From NCBI GenBank assembly GCA_965652295.1, contig CBFGTS010000001.1, positions 320,001-384,000 on the forward strand: 64,000 nt of DNA, in the 5' to 3' direction. Shown here one piece after another: positions 30,928 to 41,420 of this stretch; position 1 is the stretch's first letter, and each line of letters starts with the position of its first letter. This DNA is from an uncultured Haloferula sp. (GTDB lineage Bacteria; Verrucomicrobiota; Verrucomicrobiia; Verrucomicrobiales; Akkermansiaceae). Under the pieces are notes generated by a model that saw only the letters and a program-made list of their open reading frames with translations, did not search any database and had not been told where the DNA came from. A program made the position numbers and the translations under genes.

Positions 30928-32076
30928 ATGAACCGTTATCTCAGCATCATCCTCTGCGCTGGCGTCGCCGCGTTGGTGGCGCTGGGATTGATCATGCTCG
31001 CCAGCACCAGCGCGTGGGTGAATGGCCAGGAGGAACCATATCACTTCTTCTGGCGGCAGAGCGTCATGGCGGTGACTGGCATCGTCGGGGCAATCTTTCT
31101 CGCCCTTGTCGATCCTGCGCTGCTGCGGAAATTCTGGCCATGGCTGCTGCTCGGTGGCTGCCTCCTGCTGGTCCTCTGCTACGTGCCCGGCATCGCGAAG
31201 GACATCAATGGCGAGAAGCGCTGGATTGCCTTGCCGGGAATCGGCCAGTTCCAGCCATCGGAAATCGCCAAGTCGATCACCATGGTTGCCCTCGCCGGCT
31301 GGTTCGCGCGGTGGCAGACCGAAATCCCGACCTTCTGGAAGGGTTTCGTCATTCCCAGCCTGCTGCTCGGAATCCCCTTCCTGCTGATCCTTTTCGAAAC
31401 GGACATGGGCACCGCCGTGGGCATCGGAGCCGCCGGATTCGCCGTGCTTTTCACCGTCGGAGTGCGCCTGATTTTCCTGATCCCGACCGTGCTCATTGGC
31501 TCGGCCGCCTTCGCCGTATTGGTCCGCAGCAACGAGAACCGCTGGTCGCGGATCGAGGCGTGGTTGGATCTGGAGAACCCGGTCCACCAGCTCGACAAGG
31601 GACTCCAGCAGTGGCGCGCGCTGCTTGCCTTTGGCAATGGCGGCGTCGAGGGCCAGGGGCTCGGCAACGGCTTCGAGAAATTCGGTCACCTGCCTTACGC
31701 GCACACCGACTTCATTTTTCCTAACATCGGTGAGGAACTCGGTCTCTACGGTACGCTCGGCACGGTGCTGTGCTACGTGGTCATCGCGATTGCCGGCACC
31801 GGCATCGCCACCTACTCGACCAGTGTTTTCAACCGCTGCCTCGCGGTCGGCCTGACGGCGGTCATCGTGGTTCCGGCCATGGTGAACATCGCCGTCACCA
31901 CCGCCGCCCTGCCGAACACCGGTCTGCCTTTGCCCTTCGTGAGCTACGGCGGCACCAACCTCGTTTTCACGCTCGCATCCGTCGGTCTGCTCTGTGGCAT
32001 CCACCGCCGGACCCGCCATGAGGAAAAGCCCGGCCGCGTCCTGAGCACCCAGCAGACCGCCGAGGTGAGGCTGTAA
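30928..32076 (+). CDS. ftsW: SEDS peptidoglycan glycosyltransferase FtsW
   Basis: NGEKRWI, FQPSEIAK, AHTDFIF..IGEELG, LPFVSYGGT. Confidence 0.95.
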   Translation: MNRYLSIILCAGVAALVALGLIMLASTSAWVNGQEEPYHFFWRQSVMAVTGIVGAIFLALVDPALLRKFWPWLLLGGCLLLVLCYVPGIAKDINGEKRWIALPGIGQFQPSEIAKSITMVALAGWFARWQTEIPTFWKGFVIPSLLLGIPFLLILFETDMGTAVGIGAAGFAVLFTVGVRLIFLIPTVLIGSAAFAVLVRSNENRWSRIEAWLDLENPVHQLDKGLQQWRALLAFGNGGVEGQGLGNGFEKFGHLPYAHTDFIFPNIGEELGLYGTLGTVLCYVVIAIAGTGIATYSTSVFNRCLAVGLTAVIVVPAMVNIAVTTAALPNTGLPLPFVSYGGTNLVFTLASVGLLCGIHRRTRHEEKPGRVLSTQQTAEVRL

Positions 32077-32147
32077 ATCTCGGAGCACTCCGAAACCTTT
32101 CCGCCCCGGCGTTGACGGGACCGATCCGATCGTCTCCCATCGCGCCA

Positions 32148-33923
32148 ATGCCGAGCGACGAGGGAAAAGGATCGCGGTTCTCGATTGAGGGACTGCGCTG
32201 GGTGATGACCTACCTGAAGCCCCATCGCGCCCTGTTCCTGCCCTCGATCCTCGCGTTGATGATTACCGCCGGGCTGTCGCTGGCGTTCCCGTGGTTCATG
32301 AAGGAACTCTTCGGCGGCACGGTCGATGACCTCCGCGAGGGCGTCCCCGCCCCTGAAGTCCTTCAAGCCGCCAACCGCACGATTCTCATGCTGCTCGGCG
32401 TGCTGGCGGTGCAGGCGATCATCGGTTTCTTCCGCGTGCAGGGCTTGATCCGCTCCGGTGAGGCGGCGCTCAACGACCTCCGTCGCGACCTGTTCGGCCA
32501 TCTCCTTCGGCTGCCGGTCCCGTTTTTCCAGGAACACCGGGCCGGCGCGCTGAGCAACCGCGTTTCCGCCGATCTCGCCGTGGTCCGCGAAACCCTGATC
32601 ACCACCCTGCCTCAGGCGATCCGCCAGAGCGTGGTGCTCGTCGGTTCGCTGGTCGTGATCTTCGTGATGTCGTGGAAACTTTCGCTCGCCATGCTCGGCA
32701 GCGTGCCCTTGGTGGTGCTGGCGGTGGCCATCGCCGGGCGGAAGGTGCGGAACCATTCGAAAGCGGCTCAGGACGCGCTGGCCGATGCCGGGACCGTTAT
32801 CGAGGAGAGCGTCCAATCGATCGCCGACGTCAAGGCCTTCACCAACGAGCCCTTTGAATCCGCTCGCTACGACTCGGCTCTGCGGCGGTTTTTCGACGTC
32901 ACCCTGCGCGGTGCCTTCGCCCGCGCCAGCTTCCTCGCCTTCGTCATTTTCGTCATGTTCGGCACCATCGCGGCCGTCGCGTGGCTCGGCGTGCGGATGA
33001 TGGTTTCCGGAAATCTCACGTCGGAGGAGTTTTCCGGCTTCATCCTCTTCAGCGTATTTGTCGGGGCCTCGCTCGGCTCGATGCCGGAAATCGTTTCCCA
33101 GCTCCAGGCGATGAGCGGCGCGACCGAGCGGCTGCGTGAAATCATGACCGAGCCGGCAGAGACTGACGGTGGTGAAGCGGTCGACCACCTCGGCGGCGCT
33201 CTCGCCCTCCAAGGCGTGCATTTCCGCTACCCATCGCGGCCCGATCAAGCGGTGCTCGATGGTGTCGATTTCACCATCGCGCCCGGCCAGCGGATTGCCG
33301 TCGTCGGGCCTTCGGGTGCGGGAAAATCCACGCTGTTTTCCCTGATCCTCGGCTACTACCGGCCGGAGTGTGGCCAGGTGATGTTCGATGGCCGGGACGC
33401 CGCCACGCTCGACTTGCAGGCGCTGCGCAAGGCCATCGCGGTGGTGCCGCAGGAGGTCATGCTTTTCGGCGGTACCATCCTGGAGAACATCGAATACGGC
33501 CGACCCGGCGCGAGCCGCGAGGAAATCATCGAGGCCGCGAAGAAGGCGAACGCCCACGATTTCATCGAGGAGCGGCCGGAAGGCTACGAAACCGTCGTCG
33601 GCCCCCGCGGCGTGAAGCTCTCCGGCGGCCAGCGCCAGCGGATCGCGATCGCCCGCGCGATCCTCGCCGACCCGCGTATCCTGCTGCTCGACGAGGCGAC
33701 CAGCGCGCTGGATGCGGAAAGCGAGCGGCTCGTCAACGAAGCGCTCGACCGTCTGATGGCCGGCCGCACCAGCCTGGTGATCGCCCACCGCCTCTCCACC
33801 GTCCGCAATGCCGACCGCATCCTTGTTTTGAACCAGGGCAGGCTGGTCGAGCAGGGCACGCATGACGAGCTGATGGCGCAGGCCGGGACCTACAAGGTGC
33901 TGGTGCAAACCCAGCTCGGATAG
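32148..33923 (+). CDS. ABC exporter, fused TMD-NBD (MsbA-like)
   Basis: Six TM helices; GPSGAGKST, LSGGQRQR, LLLDEATSALD, IAHRLST. Confidence 0.93.
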   Translation: MPSDEGKGSRFSIEGLRWVMTYLKPHRALFLPSILALMITAGLSLAFPWFMKELFGGTVDDLREGVPAPEVLQAANRTILMLLGVLAVQAIIGFFRVQGLIRSGEAALNDLRRDLFGHLLRLPVPFFQEHRAGALSNRVSADLAVVRETLITTLPQAIRQSVVLVGSLVVIFVMSWKLSLAMLGSVPLVVLAVAIAGRKVRNHSKAAQDALADAGTVIEESVQSIADVKAFTNEPFESARYDSALRRFFDVTLRGAFARASFLAFVIFVMFGTIAAVAWLGVRMMVSGNLTSEEFSGFILFSVFVGASLGSMPEIVSQLQAMSGATERLREIMTEPAETDGGEAVDHLGGALALQGVHFRYPSRPDQAVLDGVDFTIAPGQRIAVVGPSGAGKSTLFSLILGYYRPECGQVMFDGRDAATLDLQALRKAIAVVPQEVMLFGGTILENIEYGRPGASREEIIEAAKKANAHDFIEERPEGYETVVGPRGVKLSGGQRQRIAIARAILADPRILLLDEATSALDAESERLVNEALDRLMAGRTSLVIAHRLSTVRNADRILVLNQGRLVEQGTHDELMAQAGTYKVLVQTQLG

Positions 33924-33984
33924 AGGAGCGAATCATGACGTGCTGGCTGTGGGATTCCGGCGCTCGTTCTGCTAATCGTCGCCC

Positions 33985-36900
33985 ATGCAGCGGCGTCTCC
34001 AGGAAACCATCGGCTACTTTGCTTCTGAAACCGAAGCGGCTTCGGCCCGCGCGCGGTTGGAAGAACTGGCCAATGTGAAGCTCGCCTCCCGTGGGTTCGC
34101 CGTCCCGGAGCTGGCCGGCGATTCGCCACTGCTCACGCTCGGCCGCTCGCTGCTGGCGAACTTCGAGGAAAAGCTTCGCATCTTCGGTGAGCCGCTGTGC
34201 CCGGTGGACCAGGCGATCCACGACTTCCTCGCCCGCTACCTCGGAGATCAGGCGGCGGGGGTGTTCGACACCGGGGAACCGATGGTCCCGGGCTCCGCGC
34301 TCACGCTTGAGCGCCACGGGCTGGCCCGCGAGTTCTCGCTGCCGGCCGATGCCGACCGCCTCGAATCCGACATTCTCTCCTCCTTCCGCGTCCACCAAGG
34401 CGTCTGTCACAATCCCGCCAAGGACCGTCGCACCACCGAGGGCGTCTTCCACGTCGTGGAGGACGGACTACCGATCCCGGCGGATAAAAAAGGAGTCCCA
34501 CGCCGCGCCTTCGCGGGGCTGCTGAAGGCCGCGTTGAACCCTCCTGCGGAATTCCTACGCCTCCCGTACACCGCCACGCGTCCGGAGAACGAGCAGGCAC
34601 ACACCTTCGTCAGCCTCTTGCTGCGCCCGGTCGTCTGCCCCGAGGTCGCCGGCGTGGTCCGCCAGCGCACCATGGAGATCCGGTTTTTCGCCCCCGGCGC
34701 GCTGGTGAGCAATCTGGACTTCGTCGAGAGCATCTTCGGCAATGCCGGCGATCCCTCCCTGCCGGAAAATGACGCCCGCCTCGATGCCGGCGGCTGGACC
34801 GGCCACACCGGTTGCGTGATCCTCGCCCCGCACCTCACCGCCCTGAAAAAGAAGGACCTGGGCCTGCCGCATGTTTCCGAGGCCACCGCGCGTCAGCAGG
34901 CCGATGGCATGTGCTGGGAAAACGAGGACGAACTCTACAATGACGGCGGCGCGTTCAAGGTCGCCTGCCGCGATGCCTCCGGCGTCTGCGTCACCCTCAT
35001 CGCCGACAGCTACTACGGTTACTGTAAGAAGGAAGTGAAGACGCAGATCAGCTTCGCCGCGAACCTCTTCGGTCTTTGCGAGGAAGAGCACGCCGGTGGT
35101 GCGTTGGCGTTCCCCTCGTTCGACCACGGCGAGGATTTCTCCGTGGCACAGCTGGGTTCGCTGGTGAACCACCGCTGGGAGGATGTGGTGCGGCTCAATG
35201 CCGACCGCATGGACGTGCTGCCTGAGGGCTACGGAGTGGACAAGCGCTGGCCGGACATCATTTACCTGCCGGAAACCGCGAGCCTCGACCTGCGCGCCCA
35301 ACGGATCACCTGGACGAAGCCCGACGGCCTCGCCGCCGAGCGCAAGATGCTGGCGGGCGAAACCTACGTCATGCCCTCCGGTTACAAGGTGGAGATGAAT
35401 CAGAGCGTGAAAGGCCAGCGTTGGCGGCTGGTCGGCACGCAGGCCGAGGGCACGCTGTGTCACAAGCCGTGCACCGTCTCCGGAGGGGGGAAATCGGAAA
35501 TCTCGAAGTCGCTTTCCGACGCCATGCTCACCGGCCCAGTCACGGTGCCGAACTTTCAGGATGCTCTGCGCCGCGTGCAGGAGATCCTCGACATGGGGCA
35601 GGAGTTTTTCACCGCCCGCTTCCACACGCCGCGCCAGCCGCAGCAGCCCAGCCGGCCGATCCTCGACCCCTCGCGCTCGTTCGGTTCGGTGGTGCGGATG
35701 ATGACGCCGGGTCATCTTTTCACCGAATCCTACAACCGCTGGCTGGAATCAATCCCGCGTCCCGTCCGTGCGCTGCTGCTCATCCTGAAGCGCCGCTACC
35801 AGCCGGAGTGGGGCGCGGATTGGGCGTCGAAATTCAGCGTCGACATGATCGATGGCCAACCCGGCATCGAACTGAAGTTCTACAACCAGCGGCTCTACAC
35901 CCGCTACCTGCGGGTCGGCTTCTCGGACGACGGATCATGGCGCATCTTCGGGTTGCGCAAGGACTTCGCGCCGGCGGTGAAACTGCAGCGCGAGGACGAC
36001 ATCACCGCTTCAGTCGTCGTTCCGGCGGCGAAATTGAAAGGCCTGCATCCGAAGCTCGACGAGCCCTGCTACAAGTTCGTGGCCAACTGCGAGTATCGGC
36101 TTTTCCAGCGCCCGGACGACGCCGTGATTCGCGGCTACGACCGCACCACCGAGGCGGATTTCGCGAAAAAGGGGATGTTTTTCTCCAATTACGAGCCTTT
36201 GCCCCGGGCGCTGGCCAAGGAGATGACCGAGGATGCGGTCCGCTTCGGTCAGTTCACTGCACCGGCTCAGAGAATGATCCGCGAGGTCGTCGCGGCGGAT
36301 TCGCCCGATTGGTTCGTCTGCACCGCCAATCCGCGGATCGTCGATGGCAAGCCGACCAAGAATCCGCGGTATCTGCAGAACCGGCCCGACCTCGACGATC
36401 CGCGAAAGGAATACCTCGGCGAGCTGGGCGCGCGGCTCTACCGGCGGCTCGAGCCCTTGCAGCCGGTGCTCAACCCCGCCCACTCCGTCCTCACCGGCCG
36501 CCGCAACAACCCGGCCGAACCCGAGGTCGGCATCCGTCCGCTCGCGGTCTTCGGGCCCGTCCATTTCCAGGAGCTGCCGGAGCTGTTCATGGACTTCACC
36601 GCGAGCCTCACCGGCAAGTCCCCCTCGACCACCGGAGCGGGCTCCGAAGGCGCGCTTACGAAAGGCCCGTTCAACTGCCTGTTGCCGATCCACGATCTCA
36701 ACAACGCTCTCATTTCCATGCTGCTCACCCGCTCGCACGGCTTCAGCAGCGCCGCCGGTCACATCGGCAGGAAATACCGGGTCGATCACGACATCAGCCT
36801 GGTCGTTCCCGAGGTCTGGAGCCGCATGCACATCCACGAGCGCGATCCCGAATGGCTCATCGAGCACGGTTGTTTGGAGCAGGTGAAGGACTTCGAGCAC

Positions 36901-37494
36901 GAAGGCCGCACGATCCCCGGCAGCCGGCTCGGGTGGCGGATCACGAAGGAGTTCGTCTCGCGCTTCTTCGGCCGGGTTTTCAATGATCCCATGGCCGTGT
37001 TTCCCGTCGACATGCTGCGGCCGGAATTGCAGAGCCAGGAGGAGTTCATCGACGGCATCGAGCACATCGCCGAGGCCCACCAGCGGGTGGCGGCGGACTA
37101 TTTCCGGGACGGATCGATCGACCACGCCATCCCGCCGCTCAAGGCGCTGCTGACCATCATGGCGGAGGGCAGGTGGGAGGGAAAAACGGCGAACGACCTG
37201 GAGGTCCGCCAGCTCTTCAGCCTCGAAGCGATGTTGGAGAGCGATTGGTATCGCGCTCGTCTTCAGGCCCGTGCCACCACCGCGCATCGGCTGTGGGAGC
37301 GCCACGTGGCCGATCTATCGAGCTTCCTTGAGCGCCGCACCCGCCTCCAGCCAGCCGAGCGGGCAGCGATGGAGGAGAAACTCCAGCACGCCCGGGAGCA
37401 GCTCCTCGACCTCGAAAAAACCGGGGCCCAGCGCTACGCCGGATCCCTCGGTCTTGATCCGGCTCTTCTGGAGACGGAGTTTTGTGGTTCATGA
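33985..37494 (+). CDS. PPi-dependent phosphoenolpyruvate carboxykinase
   Basis: 1169 aa; HNPAKDRRTTEGVFH, NLDFVESIFGN, YYGYCKKEVKTQISF, HKPCTVSGGGKSEISK, GKSPSTTGAGSEGALTK. Confidence 0.88.
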   Translation: MQRRLQETIGYFASETEAASARARLEELANVKLASRGFAVPELAGDSPLLTLGRSLLANFEEKLRIFGEPLCPVDQAIHDFLARYLGDQAAGVFDTGEPMVPGSALTLERHGLAREFSLPADADRLESDILSSFRVHQGVCHNPAKDRRTTEGVFHVVEDGLPIPADKKGVPRRAFAGLLKAALNPPAEFLRLPYTATRPENEQAHTFVSLLLRPVVCPEVAGVVRQRTMEIRFFAPGALVSNLDFVESIFGNAGDPSLPENDARLDAGGWTGHTGCVILAPHLTALKKKDLGLPHVSEATARQQADGMCWENEDELYNDGGAFKVACRDASGVCVTLIADSYYGYCKKEVKTQISFAANLFGLCEEEHAGGALAFPSFDHGEDFSVAQLGSLVNHRWEDVVRLNADRMDVLPEGYGVDKRWPDIIYLPETASLDLRAQRITWTKPDGLAAERKMLAGETYVMPSGYKVEMNQSVKGQRWRLVGTQAEGTLCHKPCTVSGGGKSEISKSLSDAMLTGPVTVPNFQDALRRVQEILDMGQEFFTARFHTPRQPQQPSRPILDPSRSFGSVVRMMTPGHLFTESYNRWLESIPRPVRALLLILKRRYQPEWGADWASKFSVDMIDGQPGIELKFYNQRLYTRYLRVGFSDDGSWRIFGLRKDFAPAVKLQREDDITASVVVPAAKLKGLHPKLDEPCYKFVANCEYRLFQRPDDAVIRGYDRTTEADFAKKGMFFSNYEPLPRALAKEMTEDAVRFGQFTAPAQRMIREVVAADSPDWFVCTANPRIVDGKPTKNPRYLQNRPDLDDPRKEYLGELGARLYRRLEPLQPVLNPAHSVLTGRRNNPAEPEVGIRPLAVFGPVHFQELPELFMDFTASLTGKSPSTTGAGSEGALTKGPFNCLLPIHDLNNALISMLLTRSHGFSSAAGHIGRKYRVDHDISLVVPEVWSRMHIHERDPEWLIEHGCLEQVKDFEHEGRTIPGSRLGWRITKEFVSRFFGRVFNDPMAVFPVDMLRPELQSQEEFIDGIEHIAEAHQRVAADYFRDGSIDHAIPPLKALLTIMAEGRWEGKTANDLEVRQLFSLEAMLESDWYRARLQARATTAHRLWERHVADLSSFLERRTRLQPAERAAMEEKLQHAREQLLDLEKTGAQRYAGSLGLDPALLETEFCGS

Positions 37495-37561
37495 AAGCTG
37501 CGCAGTTCGGCGGAATCCGAAACGGCTTGGAAACCAGTTCGATGTCGAATGAAGCTCCGAT

Positions 37562-38107
37562 ATGCCGAAGCTGCTGATCATAATTTCCCTGCTCACACTG
37601 ATCGCGGCGATGGTCGCGCGGTGGTGGTTCTGGGGGCGCGTGCGGGAGCGGGGACGCCGGGTGGAGTGCTCGATTTCGGTCGGGGAGGTTTGCGAGATGC
37701 TGGCGGTCTCGTGCGGGAAATCGGCGGATCTGAAGGACGCGGCGGCGCTGGGCGTGGCGGTGCGGGAGGCGGGGATGCAGCTGATGGAAAGAGAAGGACT
37801 GGCGCTGGCGAAGCGGCGCCGGCTGGGTTGGTGGAACCTCCGCATCCTGCCGGGACTGGTGGCGATGGTGGCGGTGGTGTCCGCGGTGAGCAAGTGGGCT
37901 CCGGTCCAGTGGGTGCTGGCGATCGGAGCGCTGTTGATCGCCGGGCACGTGGTGGTGAGGGTCAGTGGCTTGTCGATCGAGCTGGAAGCGGTGAAACGCG
38001 GCTGGACGGAACTCGGCAAGCACGTGCGGTTCCGCCGGATGGATGAGGAAGAGGCGGTCCTGCGCTGCGCCCGGGCGAGCGTCTGGGAGACGATTCTGCC
38101 GTGGTAG
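37562..38107 (+). CDS. Membrane hypothetical protein
   Basis: Three hydrophobic segments; strong codon bias. Confidence 0.7.
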   Translation: MPKLLIIISLLTLIAAMVARWWFWGRVRERGRRVECSISVGEVCEMLAVSCGKSADLKDAAALGVAVREAGMQLMEREGLALAKRRRLGWWNLRILPGLVAMVAVVSAVSKWAPVQWVLAIGALLIAGHVVVRVSGLSIELEAVKRGWTELGKHVRFRRMDEEEAVLRCARASVWETILPW

Positions 38108-38246
38108 GAGCGCCGATTATGAAATCGGCATCGAAGGAGCGTTGGATGTGGCCTCCCGGTTGGGATGAACGGGCGGGTGAAGCTGTCTATCGAGAACAGG
38201 AAAGCTCGCCCGAGGAGGTGATGCCGATTTCATAATCGGCGCTCCT
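38104..38246. repeat. REP-like inverted doublet (REPIN-like)
   Basis: Perfect 27-bp inverted pair AGGAGCGCCGATTATGAAATCGGCATC (38106-38132 / 38220-38246). Each copy is internally palindromic; the first has a GTAG head starting at 38104. Confidence 0.8.
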
Positions 38247-39969
38247 TTTGGGTGGAGAGAAACGCCTTCACTTCCTCAAGGCTGCGGGTGTTGAAGACGT
38301 CCTGTTTCCTCAGCCATCCTTTGCGGGCGATGCCGACGCCGAAGCTGAGGAACTGGAGTTGCTCGGGGCTGTGGGCATCGGGGTTGATCGAGGTCAGCAC
38401 GCCCTTGTCGCGGGCCTTTTTCCACCAGCGCCAATCCATATCGAGGCGCTTGGGCGCGCAATTCAACTCGATGATGGTGCGGGTGGCGGCGACGCAGTCG
38501 ATGATCTTGTCGTGGTTCACCGCGTAGGCGTCACGGCGGAGAAGGAGCCGGCCGGTGAGGTGGCCGAGCATGGTGATGTGCTCGTTCTCCATGGAACGGA
38601 TGAGCCGCCGGGTCATGGTTTTTTCATCGAGCGTGAAGGACGCGTGGACGGAGGCGACGGCATAGTCGAGCTGGGCGAGAACCTCGTCGGGGAAATCGAG
38701 CGAGCCGTCCTTGAGGATATCGACTTCCGAGCCAGCGAAGATCCAGAGTTCGTCGCCGCGCTGTGCGTTCCACGCGCGGATCTGCTCGACCTGCCTGAGC
38801 AGGCGTTCTTCGTTGAGACCGTTGGCTTGGAAAGAGGCCTTGGAGTGATCGGCGATGCCGAGGTAGCGGAGGCCGAGGTCAATGGCGGCTTCGGCCATTT
38901 CTTCCAGAGTGGCGCGGCCATCGGAGGCGGTGGTGTGGTTGTGGAAGGTGCCGCGGAGGTTCTCGAGCTCGACGAGTCGGGGGAGCTCGCCTTTGGCCGC
39001 GGCTTCGATTTCGCCGCGGTTCTCGCGGAGTTCGGGCGGGATGAATTCGAGGCCGAGGGCTTTGTAGATGCCGGCTTCGTCGTAAACTTCGGGGATCTCG
39101 CGATCGCCGGTGAAGCCGTATTCGTTGAGCGAGAGGCCCTGCTTGAGGGCGAGCGAGCGGAGGGCGACGTTGTGCTCTTTGGAGCCGGAGAAATACTGGA
39201 GGGCGAAGGGAAACTGGGCGTTCGAGACGGCCCGGAGGTCGCACTGGATGCCGTTGTCGAGACGGATGGAGCATTTGGTGTCGCCCTGCACGATGACTTC
39301 CGCGGCGAGGTCGAGCGTCGCGAACCAGGCGGTGAGTTCGGCGGGTCGGGTGGTGGCGGCGATGAAGTCGAGATCGCCAATGGTTTCCTTCGAGCGCCGG
39401 AGCGAACCGGCATACTGGGCGCGTAGTACCTCGGGGTGCTTGCGAAGCCTGCCGAGGATGAGCGCGGCGGCGTTGGTGGCGGTGGAGAGCAGGAAGCGGT
39501 TGGCGAAAGCTTTGCGGCGGGCGAGAGCCTCGAGGATTTTTTGCTCGGTCTTTTTTCCGAAACCGGAAAGCCCGGCGACCTTGCCGTCGAGGCAGGCGGT
39601 TTTGAGTTCAGGGATGGATCCGACGCCGAGTTCCTTGTGAAGAGCGGCGATCTTTTTCGGGCCGAGGCCTTCGACATCGAAGAGGTCGAAGAACGTGTCC
39701 GGGTATTGGGAGCGGAGGTTCTGGTGAAAGGCGAGCGTGCCGGTGGTGGCGAGTTCGTGGAGCTTTTGCTGGAGGGCGTCACCGATGCCTTTGATGCCGC
39801 CGAGGTCGTTGTCTTTGGCCCGTTGGACGATGTCGCCATCGAAGCCACGGACGATCTCGGCTCCCTGCCGGTAGGCGCGGGTTTTGAAAGGATTCTCGCC
39901 CTGGATTTCGAGGAGCAGGGCAATTTCCTCCAAGACTTCGGCGAGACTTTCGCGGGTAACGTCAGACAT
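38230..39969 (-). CDS. polX: DNA polymerase/3'-5' exonuclease PolX (PolX + PHP)
   Basis: GENPFKTRAY, AGSLRR.KETIGDLD, FSGSKEHN, HNHT, ADHS, INPDAH. Confidence 0.96.
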   Translation of the reverse strand: MSDVTRESLAEVLEEIALLLEIQGENPFKTRAYRQGAEIVRGFDGDIVQRAKDNDLGGIKGIGDALQQKLHELATTGTLAFHQNLRSQYPDTFFDLFDVEGLGPKKIAALHKELGVGSIPELKTACLDGKVAGLSGFGKKTEQKILEALARRKAFANRFLLSTATNAAALILGRLRKHPEVLRAQYAGSLRRSKETIGDLDFIAATTRPAELTAWFATLDLAAEVIVQGDTKCSIRLDNGIQCDLRAVSNAQFPFALQYFSGSKEHNVALRSLALKQGLSLNEYGFTGDREIPEVYDEAGIYKALGLEFIPPELRENRGEIEAAAKGELPRLVELENLRGTFHNHTTASDGRATLEEMAEAAIDLGLRYLGIADHSKASFQANGLNEERLLRQVEQIRAWNAQRGDELWIFAGSEVDILKDGSLDFPDEVLAQLDYAVASVHASFTLDEKTMTRRLIRSMENEHITMLGHLTGRLLLRRDAYAVNHDKIIDCVAATRTIIELNCAPKRLDMDWRWWKKARDKGVLTSINPDAHSPEQLQFLSFGVGIARKGWLRKQDVFNTRSLEEVKAFLSTQKERRL

Positions 39970-40052
39970 GGAGGAAGGGAACCGCCAAGATGCCGGGAAC
40001 GCCAAGGTTTTTGGAAGGGAGGCGCCATCAGAGGCGTCTGGAGGTTTGCGCG

Positions 40053-41420
40053 CTACCCTGCGGAACCTGAGCCAGAAGGCTCGAATAGCCAGCCTTCCTC
40101 GACCGGCTGGTAACGAAACAATCCCTGGGTATCGAGAAACCGGCGAAGTTCCGCTTCTGAGGCGGAATTAATCGATTGCACCGGCCGCGTATGGACGACC
40201 GGCAGTGCATCGACGATGCCTTTCCTCCCCAGTGGCACGTAGTCGTATCCCCAACCGCTGCCGTTTTCCTCATCCAGATAGCTGTGGAACTCAGTCCACG
40301 CCTCTCTGGCGAACACAGGCGCCATGATCTCGACGAAGTTTGTGAGCCGCCCAACGACGGGTAGGGGTTCATCCGAATCCTTGAAGCGCCGCGGCAGGGG
40401 GCAGGCTCTCCAGGCTGTGATCCCGTGAGATAGTCCGTGAGGCGACTGAATCGCGGGCTGCGCTACCGAGAGGCGATTGGCGGTCATGATCCGAACGAAG
40501 CGAAGAGGGTCGAAGTCCTCACAGTCGAGATCGTCGTCCCAGTAGAAAATGAAGTCGTAGGCCGCGACCGTCTCTGGTGCCAAGTGACGGAGCGCCAGCT
40601 GCCATTTGTAGCCTCGGTCCTTGATGATTCTAGTTCCGGAGCGAACCTCCATTTCCGCGTCGTCGTATTGCAGGAGAAGGCAATCGGCTCCTGCTCTCTG
40701 GAAACATGTCAGAGCCCGCTCGACGAGTGGTTGAGCATTCACACCCACTGGGGAGGCGAACAGGATGCGCGGCTGGAAGCCTACTGGAAGCCTGCGAAGC
40801 CTTTCTTTTGCAGGCTGAATTGCCAGACACGGGACTGGATGATGCATTTTTCCCGGCACGTGCTTCACGGGCTCCTGCCAGTCCCAGGTATCGACGCTGT
40901 ACCAGCGATCACGTCGGTCCTCTGGAGTGAAGCCTCCTTCACCTCCGATATCCTCGATCTTCAGCCCTGCCTGGTCGATCAGTGTGGGAACCACCGCCTC
41001 ATGATGGCCGCCCCAGCCATTCTTGAGCCCCTCTACGACCGCCGCCGCAGCAGCCCGGCTCAGACGTGCGAGGGGCAGCATGGCGGCGATTCCGTCCGAC
41101 GTTGAATGATCTCCTGAAGCCTTCAGACTTCGCAACCAGTGCCAATCGGGCTCCTCAGTGCGGTGTCGCACCACGGTGGCGAGGAGGTCCGCATCGCAGC
41201 GGGAAAAACTTTCGAAAAATTCATCCCAATCTCCGTCGAAAAAGACCTGCTCGTCGATGAGCCAAAGGTACCGATCCTCGGTGGAAAGAAACGCTTCGAG
41301 CATCGCACCGAGCTTTTGCAGCGTAAGACCGGGGCCGGTTTCCAGAATGGCTTCCACGCTCGACCAAGAGTTTTCTTCATCGCGCTCGCCGGCGTTGTTT
41401 TCGAAAGGAATGGAATTCAT
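40053..41420 (-). CDS. Two-domain protein: N-terminal GT-A-like (DUF3405-like) domain plus C-terminal DUF707-like glycosyltransferase domain
   Basis: YLWLIDEQVFFDGDW..EPDWHW; YDFIFYWDDDL, AQPAI, TNFVEIMAPVFAREAW, SGWGYD. Confidence 0.72.
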   Translation of the reverse strand: MNSIPFENNAGERDEENSWSSVEAILETGPGLTLQKLGAMLEAFLSTEDRYLWLIDEQVFFDGDWDEFFESFSRCDADLLATVVRHRTEEPDWHWLRSLKASGDHSTSDGIAAMLPLARLSRAAAAAVVEGLKNGWGGHHEAVVPTLIDQAGLKIEDIGGEGGFTPEDRRDRWYSVDTWDWQEPVKHVPGKMHHPVPCLAIQPAKERLRRLPVGFQPRILFASPVGVNAQPLVERALTCFQRAGADCLLLQYDDAEMEVRSGTRIIKDRGYKWQLALRHLAPETVAAYDFIFYWDDDLDCEDFDPLRFVRIMTANRLSVAQPAIQSPHGLSHGITAWRACPLPRRFKDSDEPLPVVGRLTNFVEIMAPVFAREAWTEFHSYLDEENGSGWGYDYVPLGRKGIVDALPVVHTRPVQSINSASEAELRRFLDTQGLFRYQPVEEGWLFEPSGSGSAG

